From positions 6,896 to 70,895 of the forward strand of contig JAZJXT010000001.1 of NCBI GenBank assembly GCA_040390725.1: DNA of 64,000 nt, written 5' to 3'. Numbering within the stretch: the first letter of the stretch is position 1; every line of letters starts with the position of its first letter. Below are positions 28,601-35,541 of the stretch, in pieces. The DNA is from Patescibacteria group bacterium (lineage in GTDB: Bacteria > Patescibacteriota > Minisyncoccia > Phycocordibacterales > UBA9973). Both the position numbers and the translations under genes were made by a program. The notes under the pieces are model-generated. The model worked only from the letters and a program-made list of their open reading frames with translations. It was not told the DNA's origin and did not search any database.

Positions 28601-28994
28601 TACAAATGATATTTCGTCTTACGGTAAACCCACTGCTATTTCAGTGCATAGTATCAGTAATGGAAATACTTATTTTATGTTAGCCAATAATTCCCAAGTC
28701 GTGCATTTCTTCCCGGTTGATTATTCCACATCAAGTATTGCGGATTTAGTTTCTGCGCATGATTCTTCTTCGGTCGGTACAAATGTGATAAATGATTTGG
28801 CTTCGGCTTTGAATGATTATTTATATATCGCAGGAGGAACCGGGATTTATAAAATAGGTATTCCGTCTTCATCGCCTGCTTCTTCGTTTTATGTATTAGC
28901 GGATGGTTTTTCAAGTGTTGCGCAGGCTTCCGCCTCCGGACTCATCTTTGGCGTATCAAATGGAAATAGTACATTGTATCCTTTTACTCCATAA
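19641..28994 (+). CDS. Giant secreted repetitive surface protein (about 3,118 aa), a putative adhesin with a C-terminal LVIVD-like beta-propeller region
   Basis: Signal peptide MKLGVSS...FSAHSASA, Thr/Gly/Ser/Asn-rich beta-helix-like repeats, large internal duplications, and C-terminal LKVVDISNPSP-type motifs. The ORF-track start at 19629 is a GTG; ATG 19641 or 19647 is more likely. Confidence 0.85.
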   Translation: MYMKLGVSSTKFKFFAIFAVAFFCFFFSAHSASATAKFAVASGNWSATSGVWALTSCATGAGNNVPTSSDAVTICNGVTVTVDGADVASSITVNAPTTANGITISGTNTLTVTNAITMNAPTAGVNDTIAVGAGTLSSVGITINGGGSSGFNSILSLSTGTITTTGGISFGGTVAQAQLTTTDVATINLTGTISSGGTLSINSGTLLKATGSSTINISSSSTNWGKVQVNTGTLGLGAAFTVATGLQIDSGATLSAGANLVTDKCASTGLSGFTINGTLSGSGGVTLDTASCTLDGTGSVTNTGTFTMTNDKTIAGTASLTVGGSASASTISAGTTITNNGTFIFAGTGAVTGGNATTTIWINAANSTLKIAGTAFLATGVLTATASGNTVDYNNSAGVATTQTLFNTTYYNFNFGGTSTKALPAGGIQVTNTLSVSSGITATLSTGDFLTTNLTVTGSGIFTGTGRTITMNGNGVGTAGRWLHTTGAGQIRTNLTFNSAGNITLGDGTTGSAGTVLWGNFGSTLTWTAGTMITTNSTLNLHMDNAPTISTNGMKWNNVTLLNTGGGTLTLGSDLDIGGNLTWPTTSTATTFVGANRIITLQGNLVMGTSSAATNAVASGASTQTIKMNASSGAQTWSGQQAISAIRLTVIQTGSASFAISGTVTLATTGFTITSVGSGGFSAAGSTLNSYNNVIFNTSGSTYPLYNVTTWDGGNTIPLSSNLYMTGNLVMNGNTNGSNATTTWTGPYSVTVGGNLTQSSTSLNITGSTSGGNVFLGIIMNGTGTWSNAAGATSVMTVPLTFNTSGTITIGSSVYYSTGTLLYTLGTIDTSANSSTLNIAGSATLNTPTASMSWYNLNQSTTGTLTLTSAITISNTLSVASGVTETIATSNITTVNLTVTNTGVFSGNGRTITVSGRWSHTQAGSGKIRCNITLTSTATISGTVYFTGDSFPVTLTGASGVTTTGSILDIDASVTLNTSTMSFQDITHVGSIGTLTLTSDLNINGNWTMLAGAAGLAGANTNIYLKGNLNMAASGSVQGLSTQILYMNASSGTQTWSGAQTWKFTKFIVIQTGTAAFTMSGSLALDGGTFTFTSVGSGGFTNTSTVTMLASSGNISLSSASSSYSFNNVTMTLSANNITLLTDIYILGNLAINGTASTPTIGAFTLYVAGNLSQGGTSTNVTGTVGIVMNGSGTWSNTVGATSVMQVPLTFNTSGTITLSGNLYYSTGTLTYTAGTLSPGSSTLNIPANTTFAGGMSGSNAFNNIAVSAGTLTNNATAGTTGLAITGNLTGAGALTQGTNSILTLGGTSTITTLTANTTGNTVIYNGTAGQTVKVPASSTYMNLTINDSGQTATLGGAITVSGNLAINTGTLDDNGTQITGNATNNLTMASGTTLKIGIAGTATTFPTLYTTGHTTLNSASTVIYNAGVTQTISSTPAYGNLQLSRASGTPTKSLNGTTTINGSLTIDASNTLSAGANQIALGGNYSNSGTFTAGTGTFLLSGSVAQTLSGTMTSGSAFYDLTITNSSGASASDCGLTGFTAGIIFGGSATSTHNYVITTANVRVTYNAGSTYTFANINWSGQASGTKIYFRSSSAGSAWNLNVSGTQTAVSYIDVSDSDAHTGSSINSDTTVTDCNNNTNWVFIMTISGTANGNDGGTVKVAFNNSIDAHTTTISGGAWTISNITKPAAGVIVTVFVDGATLDSNETTAITKYSSGVISGMVLNTNVLTIGSNQNTSLTTTNLGQYTSSNDEDVMQSVSSGALSVQGTSNTYVNPILAVLNNNTLTVDSASTESITTGQLYIYGSATLTATGTPTITLNGTSGTLFTNSGTFTPATSTVTLSGNGDATINSGAITFYNLTSSGTGVKSVDASSALTFATSGTLTVSGGTFDPVTALVASGSNTLTASAVLRVEASTFAGSYPAGFGTLNLNSGSTVDYHSSGAQTISSTISPYYNLTTSTGGTKTLGGNVTISNVLTIGASSTLSASSNNITLSGTTGTPFIDSGTFSSGTGTVSYTGNNGSGNTTVLPETYHDLTLNNASETYVLGGATTINNLLTITDGTLDTDSTNHYNFSTSDILIDTSGTLLGRASNITVTENWVNTGTFTRGTSTVLLNGDITDNIAGDTNFNNLTISSTVAKTVYFTTTGTTSVYGIFTVTGHNSQLISLLPELAHPTTQFPFRVISPGTASISYINVSYGGCAATAINMSPVNSVDGGNNDTCWSFGIAISGTANGNDGETVKIAINGTADSHTTTISSGAWSFTTITQPSSGDIVTVWVEGASAPNKTTAITKYSSGSVSGMVLDTNTLTVGDAGGVSLAVSDFSHYTSADDSYVMHSYSSGDLSVAGTNPTLKILSGNTLTASTGESVTTGKIDNAGTITVTASNTPSFTLNGTSGTLFTNSGTFTPASSTVTLSGNGDATVNSGAITFYNLTNSGTGVKSLGDANITVNHNMTVSGGTFDPTASRTITGSGTNTLAVSSGATIRAEHSLFSGDWISFEITTLSSGSTVDYYLNNAQTIDNTLSYSNLNLSNSGTKTLGGDTTIANVLTVGSSATLDGSSHTLTLSGATGTPFVDSGTFTSSTGTVSYTGNYASGNTTVLPETYHNLTLNNASETYVLNGTTPINNLLTITAGTLDTVSHNFSTSDITIGASGMLNANASIATVTENWTNNGTFNSGTSTVLMNGDNAHDLVAGTTSFYNLTITTTTPSVAKEVDFPSTTTTVMNAFNVTGHGGALISLYSTPSPTKWNFYPMLGTNNSVRYAKIKDGGCANNAIAIRPANSVDDGNNDSCWVFSPYVYKLTNANTVEVYNDTNTSNPSPVKTIQFSDDYALPTNSLVKLTSLAVDTHFNRLYVTTDDPSAGLKVVDISNPSPSSWVCCASTVVLSDNSVNFPGRDVYVDSAGVPTVLGATSSKGGIFVINPSTLGIAYSNVHNVSDPSDVALIVHEHAGIYDNTATGFIYESNYHTSQLYIYPYSNVTPSVIRETTNDISSYGKPTAISVHSISNGNTYFMLANNSQVVHFFPVDYSTSSIADLVSAHDSSSVGTNVINDLASALNDYLYIAGGTGIYKIGIPSSSPASSFYVLADGFSSVAQASASGLIFGVSNGNSTLYPFTP
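20890..23450 (+). repeat. Intragenic tandem duplication, 2 x roughly 1.28 kb (protein-level repeats of about 430 aa)
   Basis: Paired blocks, for example TNTLSVSSGITATLSTGDFLTTNLTVTGSGIFTGTGRTIT versus SNTLSVASGVTETIATSNITTVNLTVTNTGVFSGNGRTIT, and TWSNAAGATSVMTVPLTFNTSGTIT versus TWSNTVGATSVMQVPLTFNTSGTIT. Boundaries are approximate. Confidence 0.5.
24570..28030 (+). repeat. Intragenic tandem duplication, 2 x roughly 1.73 kb (roughly 80-85% nucleotide identity by eye)
   Basis: ISGTANGNDGGTVKVAFNNSIDAHTTTISGGAW... matches AISGTANGNDGETVKIAINGTADSHTTTISSGAW... Both units end in NSVDGGNNDTCW and NSVDDGNNDSCW. Confidence 0.6.
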
Positions 28995-29003
28995 TGATAA
29001 ATT

Positions 29004-29558
29004 ATGAAAATAAAAATGTTAAATAAAATTATAAATAAAAAATCAGGTTTTACTCTCATCGAGCTTGTTTTATATGTGAGCTTGGTGTCAGTGTTGGTGC
29101 TGGGTGTAGCTTCTTTTTGGAATGTGATAAGGAGTATTGGATTAAAAAATAAATCAGTGTCTGCTGTCGAAGAGCAGGGGGCATTTGTTTCTGATATTAT
29201 GAATGAGCGTATTCGCCAAGCGACGCACGTATGCACTCCGACGAGCGCTGGTGACACTGCACACACTCTCGACCTCGATACCAATTGTACTGTGCACACC
29301 GGCAGTGAAGTGAGTCTTGCGTTAGACATTCATGGGATTTTAATTCTGACAGAGGGAGGGCAGGATTATTCATTGACTGATGAGAGGGTCAGCATGCCTT
29401 CGAGTTCTATTAATTTTACCAAAGCGCAAGACACAGTGCATGGAGGAGCAGAGAGCGTGAATTATACTTTTGTAATGCAGTCGAAAGATTATTCTTCCAG
29501 TTCTCCTTTTAGTTATGAGAAAACATTTTCCGGCGGGGGAGTATTGAGAGTTTATTAA
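29004..29558 (+). CDS. type IV pilin-like protein (prepilin N-terminus G|FTLIELV)
   Basis: Class III signal peptide KSGFTLIELVLYVSLVSVLVLG with Glu at +5. Confidence 0.7.
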   Translation: MKIKMLNKIINKKSGFTLIELVLYVSLVSVLVLGVASFWNVIRSIGLKNKSVSAVEEQGAFVSDIMNERIRQATHVCTPTSAGDTAHTLDLDTNCTVHTGSEVSLALDIHGILILTEGGQDYSLTDERVSMPSSSINFTKAQDTVHGGAESVNYTFVMQSKDYSSSSPFSYEKTFSGGGVLRVY

Positions 29559-29563
29559 AATTT

Positions 29564-29959
29564 ATGAAAATAAAAAAACAAAAAGGATATGTGACTCTCA
29601 TGATGATGATTATCATCGGAGCTCTGACTGCGGGCATAGTTTATACTATTATGTCCGACAGTATCAGTAGTTTGCAGATGGGGGTTTCTTTTAGTCAGAC
29701 TTATAAAGCACGAAGCTATGCGAATGCTTGCGCCGAAGAGGCTTTATTTAGAATTCATAATGGCGACATAACTGCACATGAAGACAATACAAGCTCACCG
29801 ATTTCTTTTGGCACAAATGAAACTTGCACTTATGATGCGACAGTGTCAGGTGGAAATGTTACAATAACTGTGACAGGTAATGCAAAAAGGGCGATTGTTT
29901 CTGAAACGGTAAACGGCACTGTTTCAGGTGGTGCTGTACACATTACAAGTTGGCAATAA
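29564..29959 (+). CDS. PilX-like minor pilin / pilus assembly protein (putative)
   Basis: N-terminal hydrophobic segment QKGYVTLMMMIIIGALTAG without the conserved Glu; sits within the pilus operon. Confidence 0.4.
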   Translation: MKIKKQKGYVTLMMMIIIGALTAGIVYTIMSDSISSLQMGVSFSQTYKARSYANACAEEALFRIHNGDITAHEDNTSSPISFGTNETCTYDATVSGGNVTITVTGNAKRAIVSETVNGTVSGGAVHITSWQ

Positions 29960-29974
29960 TTTTTAAAATTAAAA

Positions 29975-31111
29975 ATGAAAAAACAAAATTCGGGTTCGAT
30001 AATAATTTTTGGAATAGTTTTTCTTTTAATCCTTACCGGTTTTTATTTTGGTTACAAAAAAGGACTTTTCTCTCCGACAAAAGAGCCCGCTATCAAAACT
30101 TTGATTCCTGCTCCGGTTGTTATTCCGGCATCAGACATAACTCCAGCACCAAAACCAACCGTAGTAGCTCCGAAAAAAACTTCTACCACTACAACAGTTA
30201 AAAAAACAACCGCCCCTGTCGTAAAAGTCACAACTCCTCCTGCGCCCACAGCACCACTTCCGCCTCCTTTACCAAAGATTGTTTCTGCTACTGCCACGAA
30301 TCCGGGGACTTCTACGATTATAATAACTTGGAAAACAAACGTGCCTACCGTAGGGCAAATTCTTTACGGCGAACAAAGCTCTTTGACTGGGACATATCCG
30401 TTATCGACTAATCAGGAAAATGTTTTATCTACGGATCACACGTATACATTTTCTGACCTTATCCCGGAAAAAAAATATTATTATAAAATTTATGTGACGG
30501 ATGCATCAGGGAATAAAACCAATTCTTCAGAAAATTCTTTTGTACCGGCATTGGCCACTATATCCGGGGTAAAAACTGACAATATTTCTGCTACCGGAGC
30601 GACTATTTCTTGGACAACAAATTTTAAGACAAAAGGGCAGGTAGTTTATAGTACAGAAAGTTCGTCTACCGGAGTTTATTCTTTTAGTACTCCTTTGACC
30701 AACACTTTTGAAACATCTCATAGTGTTGACCTTTCCAATCTTACTTATAATACAAAATATTACTATCGAGTTATTTTTGTTGATGCGGCTGGCATTAAAG
30801 TTTCTTCTCAGGAATATTCTTTTTCTTCTTCTATTATTTATAACGTTTCTTATAGCAAGAGCTACTCAGGGATTTCTGGAGTTATTATTTCTTGGAGTAC
30901 CAGTGTTCCGACTAAGACAGAAATAAGATATGGCACCCAAAGATCAACTGCCGGCATTTATCCTTTTAGCGCTACCGACAGTAGTCTTTTGATGTATCAC
31001 AATATGACACTTTATAATTTGGATATAAATGCAACTTATTATTATAGGATTATTACCACTGACGCCAATAATAAAAAAACCACTTCTGTGGAGTATAGTT
31101 TCAATGCATAG
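29975..31111 (+). CDS. membrane-anchored protein with four tandem Fn3-like beta-sandwich repeats
   Basis: N-terminal transmembrane segment, a Pro/Thr linker, and four repeats of the form TxISWTTNxxTxGxVxYG...YYYRV. Confidence 0.65.
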   Translation: MKKQNSGSIIIFGIVFLLILTGFYFGYKKGLFSPTKEPAIKTLIPAPVVIPASDITPAPKPTVVAPKKTSTTTTVKKTTAPVVKVTTPPAPTAPLPPPLPKIVSATATNPGTSTIIITWKTNVPTVGQILYGEQSSLTGTYPLSTNQENVLSTDHTYTFSDLIPEKKYYYKIYVTDASGNKTNSSENSFVPALATISGVKTDNISATGATISWTTNFKTKGQVVYSTESSSTGVYSFSTPLTNTFETSHSVDLSNLTYNTKYYYRVIFVDAAGIKVSSQEYSFSSSIIYNVSYSKSYSGISGVIISWSTSVPTKTEIRYGTQRSTAGIYPFSATDSSLLMYHNMTLYNLDINATYYYRIITTDANNKKTTSVEYSFNA

Positions 31112-31129
31112 TGGCATGAGGATGAGTGC

Positions 31130-31157
31130 TTGCTTATTTTTTAGCATAGATTATAAT
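31130..31157 (+). promoter_or_regulatory. Promoter-like TTGCTT-N16-TATAAT upstream of the pilin gene
   Basis: ttgctt 31130-31135 and tataat 31152-31157. Confidence 0.35.
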
Positions 31158-31200
31158 TGGGGTATTACAATTTTTAGAAAATTTTTAATCAAATAAATAT

Positions 31201-31710
31201 ATGCGAAATTTTGGGAATAAGAACAAAAAATTATCAAAGGGTTTTACATTACTTGAACTCCTCTTGGTTATAGCCGGTATTGGTATCTTGGCGACTATCG
31301 TTTTCGTGGTTTTGGACCCGGCAACAACTATTACTAAAACTAACAATGCAAAAAGGTTGAGTGATGTTCAGGGTATTTTATCCGCGATGGAATTGTATTC
31401 TTTTGATCATGATGGCAACAGAGCTGGAACAAGCTGGGATACTGTTACTTATGACTATGAGCCTATTTGTTATGGTACGACAAACGACATGCCTATTACT
31501 TGCACATCCGGTTCTATAGATTTAACCGCTCATCTTTTGACTGATGCAAAATATTTGTCAGCAGTTCCGTTTGATCCTTCATTAATATCAACTCCGCCTT
31601 CAGTTGGAGGTGATAGCGGATATGAAGCCAAAGTACTTGCTACCGGAGTCGTGACTATTCGCTCTGAGACCAATACTGCAGCATCAGTGACTGCTAAATT
31701 TAATCCGTAA
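31201..31710 (+). CDS. type IV pilin (candidate major pilin, PilA-like)
   Basis: KGFTLLELLLVIAGIGILATIV prepilin motif with Glu at +5; 169 aa. Confidence 0.8.
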   Translation: MRNFGNKNKKLSKGFTLLELLLVIAGIGILATIVFVVLDPATTITKTNNAKRLSDVQGILSAMELYSFDHDGNRAGTSWDTVTYDYEPICYGTTNDMPITCTSGSIDLTAHLLTDAKYLSAVPFDPSLISTPPSVGGDSGYEAKVLATGVVTIRSETNTAASVTAKFNP

Positions 31711-33147
31711 ATGGAGCCGAATAAAAAATTAAAAAAAATAAATCCTATTTTAACTGCAACTGTTGTTTTGGTTTTATCTCTTTTTGTGACTGTGGCGATG
31801 TTTTTGTATGAAAAGAATATTTTTGAATCAGCCAATTCTGCAGATGTTACCAAGGTTTTAGTTTCAAGTTTCCCTGAGTATATTGCGCTATTTGGTTTTG
31901 CCGGGTCTCTTGCTTTGTTTGGAATAATTTTATCATTACTTACAGCACGCAGTCGCGCGGTGGACTTGGCAGACATCATGACGGCTTCTTTGAAAAAACG
32001 CACGGAAGAACTCGAATACGCGAAAGATAAAATTGAAAATGAAAAAAGAAAATTGAGCACGATTCTTTCTTCGATGGGGGAATGCTTAATAGCTGTGTCT
32101 GACGCAGGTGAAATAGTTTTGATGAATCAAATGGCTCAGGCTACCCTGGGCAGGGCAGAGGCAGATTCTACCGGAGAAAAAATCGAAGATGTTTTGACTC
32201 TTGTGAAAGATGGAAAATTAATACCGCAAAGGAGTCATCCCGTTTATAAAGCTATCAAGGGCAAAGATATTGCGCGTGTTTCTTTGAATGACAATGTTTC
32301 TATTAAAGATAAATCCGGGCGAGTTTTTCCCGTTGTTCTTTCTGCTGTTTCTACTTTGGGTAAAGTTGATGATGGGGAAGTTTCAGTTATTATAGTTTTC
32401 CGTGATGTATCTACGGAGAAAGCCGTGGACGAAGCAAAAACAGAATTCGTTTCTCTCGCTGCGCATCAGTTACGTATGCCACTTACTTCTATTCGATGGT
32501 ATTCCGAAATGCTTATTTCCGGTGATGCGGGAGTTCTTAATCCTGATCAAAAATCATATCTTGATGAAATTTATCAGAATAATAAACGCATGGTGAACCT
32601 AGTCAATCAGCTTCTTTCTGTTTCTCGTATTCGCCTCGGTACTTTTAAAATAGAACCTGTGCCGACCGATATGAATGAAATAGTGGAAAGTGTTTTAGGA
32701 GAATTAAAACCTGATATCACTAAAAAAAATATGCAGGTGGTAAAAAATTATACAAAAGATTTGGAAAAAATGAATGCTGATCCGGGGCTCTTGCGAGTGG
32801 TTTTGCAAAACCTTATTTCAAATGCGATAAAGTATACTCCGGAAAAGGGAACTATAACCATAGCTATCGAAGAAGGCAAAGAATTTTCAATAAAAGTTTC
32901 TGATACGGGCTACGGTATTCCGGAAGCTGACTCAGGAAAAATATTTTCCCAACTTTTCCGCGCGGAAAATATAAAAGGCAAAGATGTCGAAGGCACAGGC
33001 TTAGGACTTTATATGGTAAAAACAATCGTCGAACAAGTCGGCGGAGCCATTAGTTTCCATTCCGAAGAAAACAAAGGCACCACTTTCCGTGTAACTTTCC
33101 CAAAAATTGGAATGAAAGCCAAAAAAGGGGCTACGACGCTAGGATAG
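31711..33147 (+). CDS. sensor histidine kinase (2 TM, PAS, HisKA, HATPase_c)
   Basis: H-box LAAHQLRMPLTSI and N/G1/G2 boxes. Its start codon abuts the stop codon of the pilin gene. Confidence 0.85.
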   Translation: MEPNKKLKKINPILTATVVLVLSLFVTVAMFLYEKNIFESANSADVTKVLVSSFPEYIALFGFAGSLALFGIILSLLTARSRAVDLADIMTASLKKRTEELEYAKDKIENEKRKLSTILSSMGECLIAVSDAGEIVLMNQMAQATLGRAEADSTGEKIEDVLTLVKDGKLIPQRSHPVYKAIKGKDIARVSLNDNVSIKDKSGRVFPVVLSAVSTLGKVDDGEVSVIIVFRDVSTEKAVDEAKTEFVSLAAHQLRMPLTSIRWYSEMLISGDAGVLNPDQKSYLDEIYQNNKRMVNLVNQLLSVSRIRLGTFKIEPVPTDMNEIVESVLGELKPDITKKNMQVVKNYTKDLEKMNADPGLLRVVLQNLISNAIKYTPEKGTITIAIEEGKEFSIKVSDTGYGIPEADSGKIFSQLFRAENIKGKDVEGTGLGLYMVKTIVEQVGGAISFHSEENKGTTFRVTFPKIGMKAKKGATTLG

Positions 33148-33191
33148 TATTTTGAGTTTGCATTTTACTTAAAAATTGGTACAATATAAAT

Positions 33192-33425
33192 ATGAAATTG
33201 CCAATGCAAAAATTTACTGCTGTATATAAAAAATCAGGCAAGTGGTACTCCGCTTGGATTGAAGAAATTCCCGGTGTAAATAGTCAGGGCAAAACACTAT
33301 CCGAAGCTAAGCAAAATCTAAAAGAAGCATTGATGCTTATTCTTGAAACTAATCGTTTCTTATCTAGAAAATCCGAAGGACGCTCTTCTTTTATTCGAAG
33401 AGAAAGTCTATCGGTTTTCGCTTAA
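33192..33425 (+). CDS. hicB: HicB-family antitoxin
   Basis: YSAWIEEIPGVNSQGKTLSEAKQNLKEAL is typical of the HicB/UPF0150 fold. Confidence 0.65.
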   Translation: MKLPMQKFTAVYKKSGKWYSAWIEEIPGVNSQGKTLSEAKQNLKEALMLILETNRFLSRKSEGRSSFIRRESLSVFA

Positions 33426-33431
33426 TTATTT

Positions 33432-33626
33432 ATGAAGCAAATTGACCTTATTAAACATATCAGAAAATATGGTTGTATGTTTGTGCGGGAAGGCGGTTCA
33501 CATAGTGTTTGGTATAATAGCCTGACAGGCAGGACTTCTACAATACCGAGACATAGTGAAATAAATAATCACACAGGTAAAAAGATTTGCGAAGACTTAG
33601 GAGTGCCGATAATTAAAAAGCGGTAA
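33432..33626 (+). CDS. hicA: HicA-family mRNA interferase toxin
   Basis: FVREGGSHSVWYN...TGRTSTIPRHSEIN matches the HicA motif; 64 aa. Confidence 0.78.
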   Translation: MKQIDLIKHIRKYGCMFVREGGSHSVWYNSLTGRTSTIPRHSEINNHTGKKICEDLGVPIIKKR

Positions 33627-33674
33627 TAACTTTTTTTGAGTTTTGCTTAAAAATTGAATATATGTTCAAAAAAC

Positions 33675-33750
33675 TAGACATTTTTATGTGTGGATAACTG
33701 CACTTGCTAAAAGGCTACGGGGGGGGGGTATTATATATATGTCGTTTACC
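33675..33750 (+). promoter_or_regulatory. Conserved upstream element (copy 2) with G10 run 33719-33728 between -35-like cttgct and -10-like tattat
   Basis: Aligns with 54-134. The spacer is 19 nt in both copies. Confidence 0.45.
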
Positions 33751-33773
33751 AGTAGCTTAATTTTAATTAATAT

Positions 33774-34478
33774 ATGAAAGAAGGATTACCAAAGGCAGTA
33801 GAAAATAGTGGGGTAGAATCAAAAGGAATAAAAGGTTTTTTGGGGGATATAAAAGAATTAGGTAGAAAAGGATTGCTTGCCATTGGAACAGTGGTCGCAT
33901 TTACGGCACTTTTTTCTTCAGATGCATCTGCTCAGACAATTGAAAAAGAAGTTAGGCAATATCTTCCAGAGAATCCAGTTCTATTAAAGGCATCTGAGGT
34001 GCAGGCTATTAGAACCGTAGCTAGCGGGGATGCATTTTTAGATCATTTAAAAAAAAGTGGAGCAAAATTTACTACAGAAAAGACGAAATCAGGTGTTTCA
34101 GCAATGAAGTCAGGAGATGTTTCTTATATTTCGCTTTCCGAAGATCACGCAATCTTGGAATTACATAAAGATACCAGTGAAAATTCTGATAACTTTATGC
34201 TAGCTAAATTAGGGGAACATCATCACGTTGTTAGTGGGAAACATGGAGATACCACTGAAATTTTTAATGCAACATTTGATCCACATGCAGACGGTGACGG
34301 GGTTTTAACATTTACTCATTTAGTTAAGATTGGAGACAAGCTCGTGAGTGATGTACAAATAACTAATCCACTTAATGTTGAACTAGTAGAATATACTTCA
34401 CTTTTATCTAAAATTGAGGCTGATATTGCAGAAAGAGAAGCGAAACTTTCTAAGTCTCAATCCGGCGTAAAAAAATAA
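33774..34478 (+). CDS. hypothetical secreted/membrane protein (234 aa)
   Basis: ORF with an N-terminal hydrophobic segment. Confidence 0.5.
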   Translation: MKEGLPKAVENSGVESKGIKGFLGDIKELGRKGLLAIGTVVAFTALFSSDASAQTIEKEVRQYLPENPVLLKASEVQAIRTVASGDAFLDHLKKSGAKFTTEKTKSGVSAMKSGDVSYISLSEDHAILELHKDTSENSDNFMLAKLGEHHHVVSGKHGDTTEIFNATFDPHADGDGVLTFTHLVKIGDKLVSDVQITNPLNVELVEYTSLLSKIEADIAEREAKLSKSQSGVKK

Positions 34479-34514
34479 AAACTAAAATCTTATTGTTGCG
34501 AACTATAACACTTA

Positions 34515-35102
34515 TTGTCTTTTCTAGTTCGTATTTGTTATAATAAACTGATGGAATTTAGTAAGAGAAATATAATACTTTGGGTTGTGGTAGTCATAGT
34601 TTTGATTGTCAGTGTTTATTCTTTTTTGCATTTTAACAATTCAAATGAAATTGGAATACCGGCAAGTAAAAAAGTGAACCCTGTAGCTAAGCCTGTTCTG
34701 ACGGGAGCATTGCCGTTAGACACTAGCACTTTGTCTGCCGCTGATAAAAAAGCATATGATGAACTTGCAAAATGGGTGGATATAAAAATTACCAATCAGC
34801 CTACTGTTTCTAAAAATCCTCAAACTGTAAAACTTCCAGCGGATTGGACTGCTCGAGAAGATTATTTGCTGACCGTGGTTCCGTCAAAAATGCCCGCGAA
34901 TATTCGCAATTTTCGTTCGGTTATTATGCGTCCTTCCAGATTTAAAATTTTATCTCGCGAAGATGCCATATACAGCGTCCCTGATGCCACGGATCCATAT
35001 TTCAAAGACCACTGCCATGCCGGCACAGTTATTGTTTGTTATGGAGGGAAGAATCCCGAGGTCAAGCATGTTTTTGATTTGATGTTTTATTTTAATAAGT
35101 AA
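34515..35102 (+). CDS. hypothetical membrane-anchored protein (195 aa)
   Basis: ORF with an N-terminal transmembrane helix. Confidence 0.45.
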   Translation: MSFLVRICYNKLMEFSKRNIILWVVVVIVLIVSVYSFLHFNNSNEIGIPASKKVNPVAKPVLTGALPLDTSTLSAADKKAYDELAKWVDIKITNQPTVSKNPQTVKLPADWTAREDYLLTVVPSKMPANIRNFRSVIMRPSRFKILSREDAIYSVPDATDPYFKDHCHAGTVIVCYGGKNPEVKHVFDLMFYFNK

Positions 35103-35136
35103 TTAGGATTTGTGATACAATAAATTATAAGAAATT

Positions 35137-35511
35137 ATGGAAGAAAAAAAGAAAAAAATTTTAGTATGTGATGATGAACAAGCTATTAATCATGCTCTCC
35201 GATTAAAATTAGGCCATGAAGGCTTTGATGTTTCTTCGGCGCTTGACGGTGATGAATGCGTCGCAGCGTTAAATAAAGATAATTATGATCTTCTTTTGTT
35301 GGATTTAATTTTACCAAAGAAAGATGGTTTTGAAGTTTTAGCAGAAATGAAAAATATGGCATACAAAGTTCCCGTGGTTATCGTTTCGAATTTGGGACAA
35401 GAAGAAGATATTGCGCGAGTCAAACATCTCGGTGTGAGTGATTATTTAATAAAATCCAATACTTCTATTTCCGATATGGTTGCAAAAGTAAAAGAAGTTT
35501 TAAGTAAATAA
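35137..35511 (+). CDS. single-domain response regulator (CheY-like receiver)
   Basis: DD...LLLLDLILPKKDG...K receiver motifs. Confidence 0.8.
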   Translation: MEEKKKKILVCDDEQAINHALRLKLGHEGFDVSSALDGDECVAALNKDNYDLLLLDLILPKKDGFEVLAEMKNMAYKVPVVIVSNLGQEEDIARVKHLGVSDYLIKSNTSISDMVAKVKEVLSK

Positions 35512-35541
35512 AAGTAATAATAAAAAATAGTAAAAATAATT

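Noticed and set aside
29950-30201. 83-aa ORF overlapping the start of the Fn3-repeat gene in another frame.
   Set aside because: It sits inside the better-supported 378-aa gene, which has a transmembrane anchor and repeats. There is no independent evidence for it.
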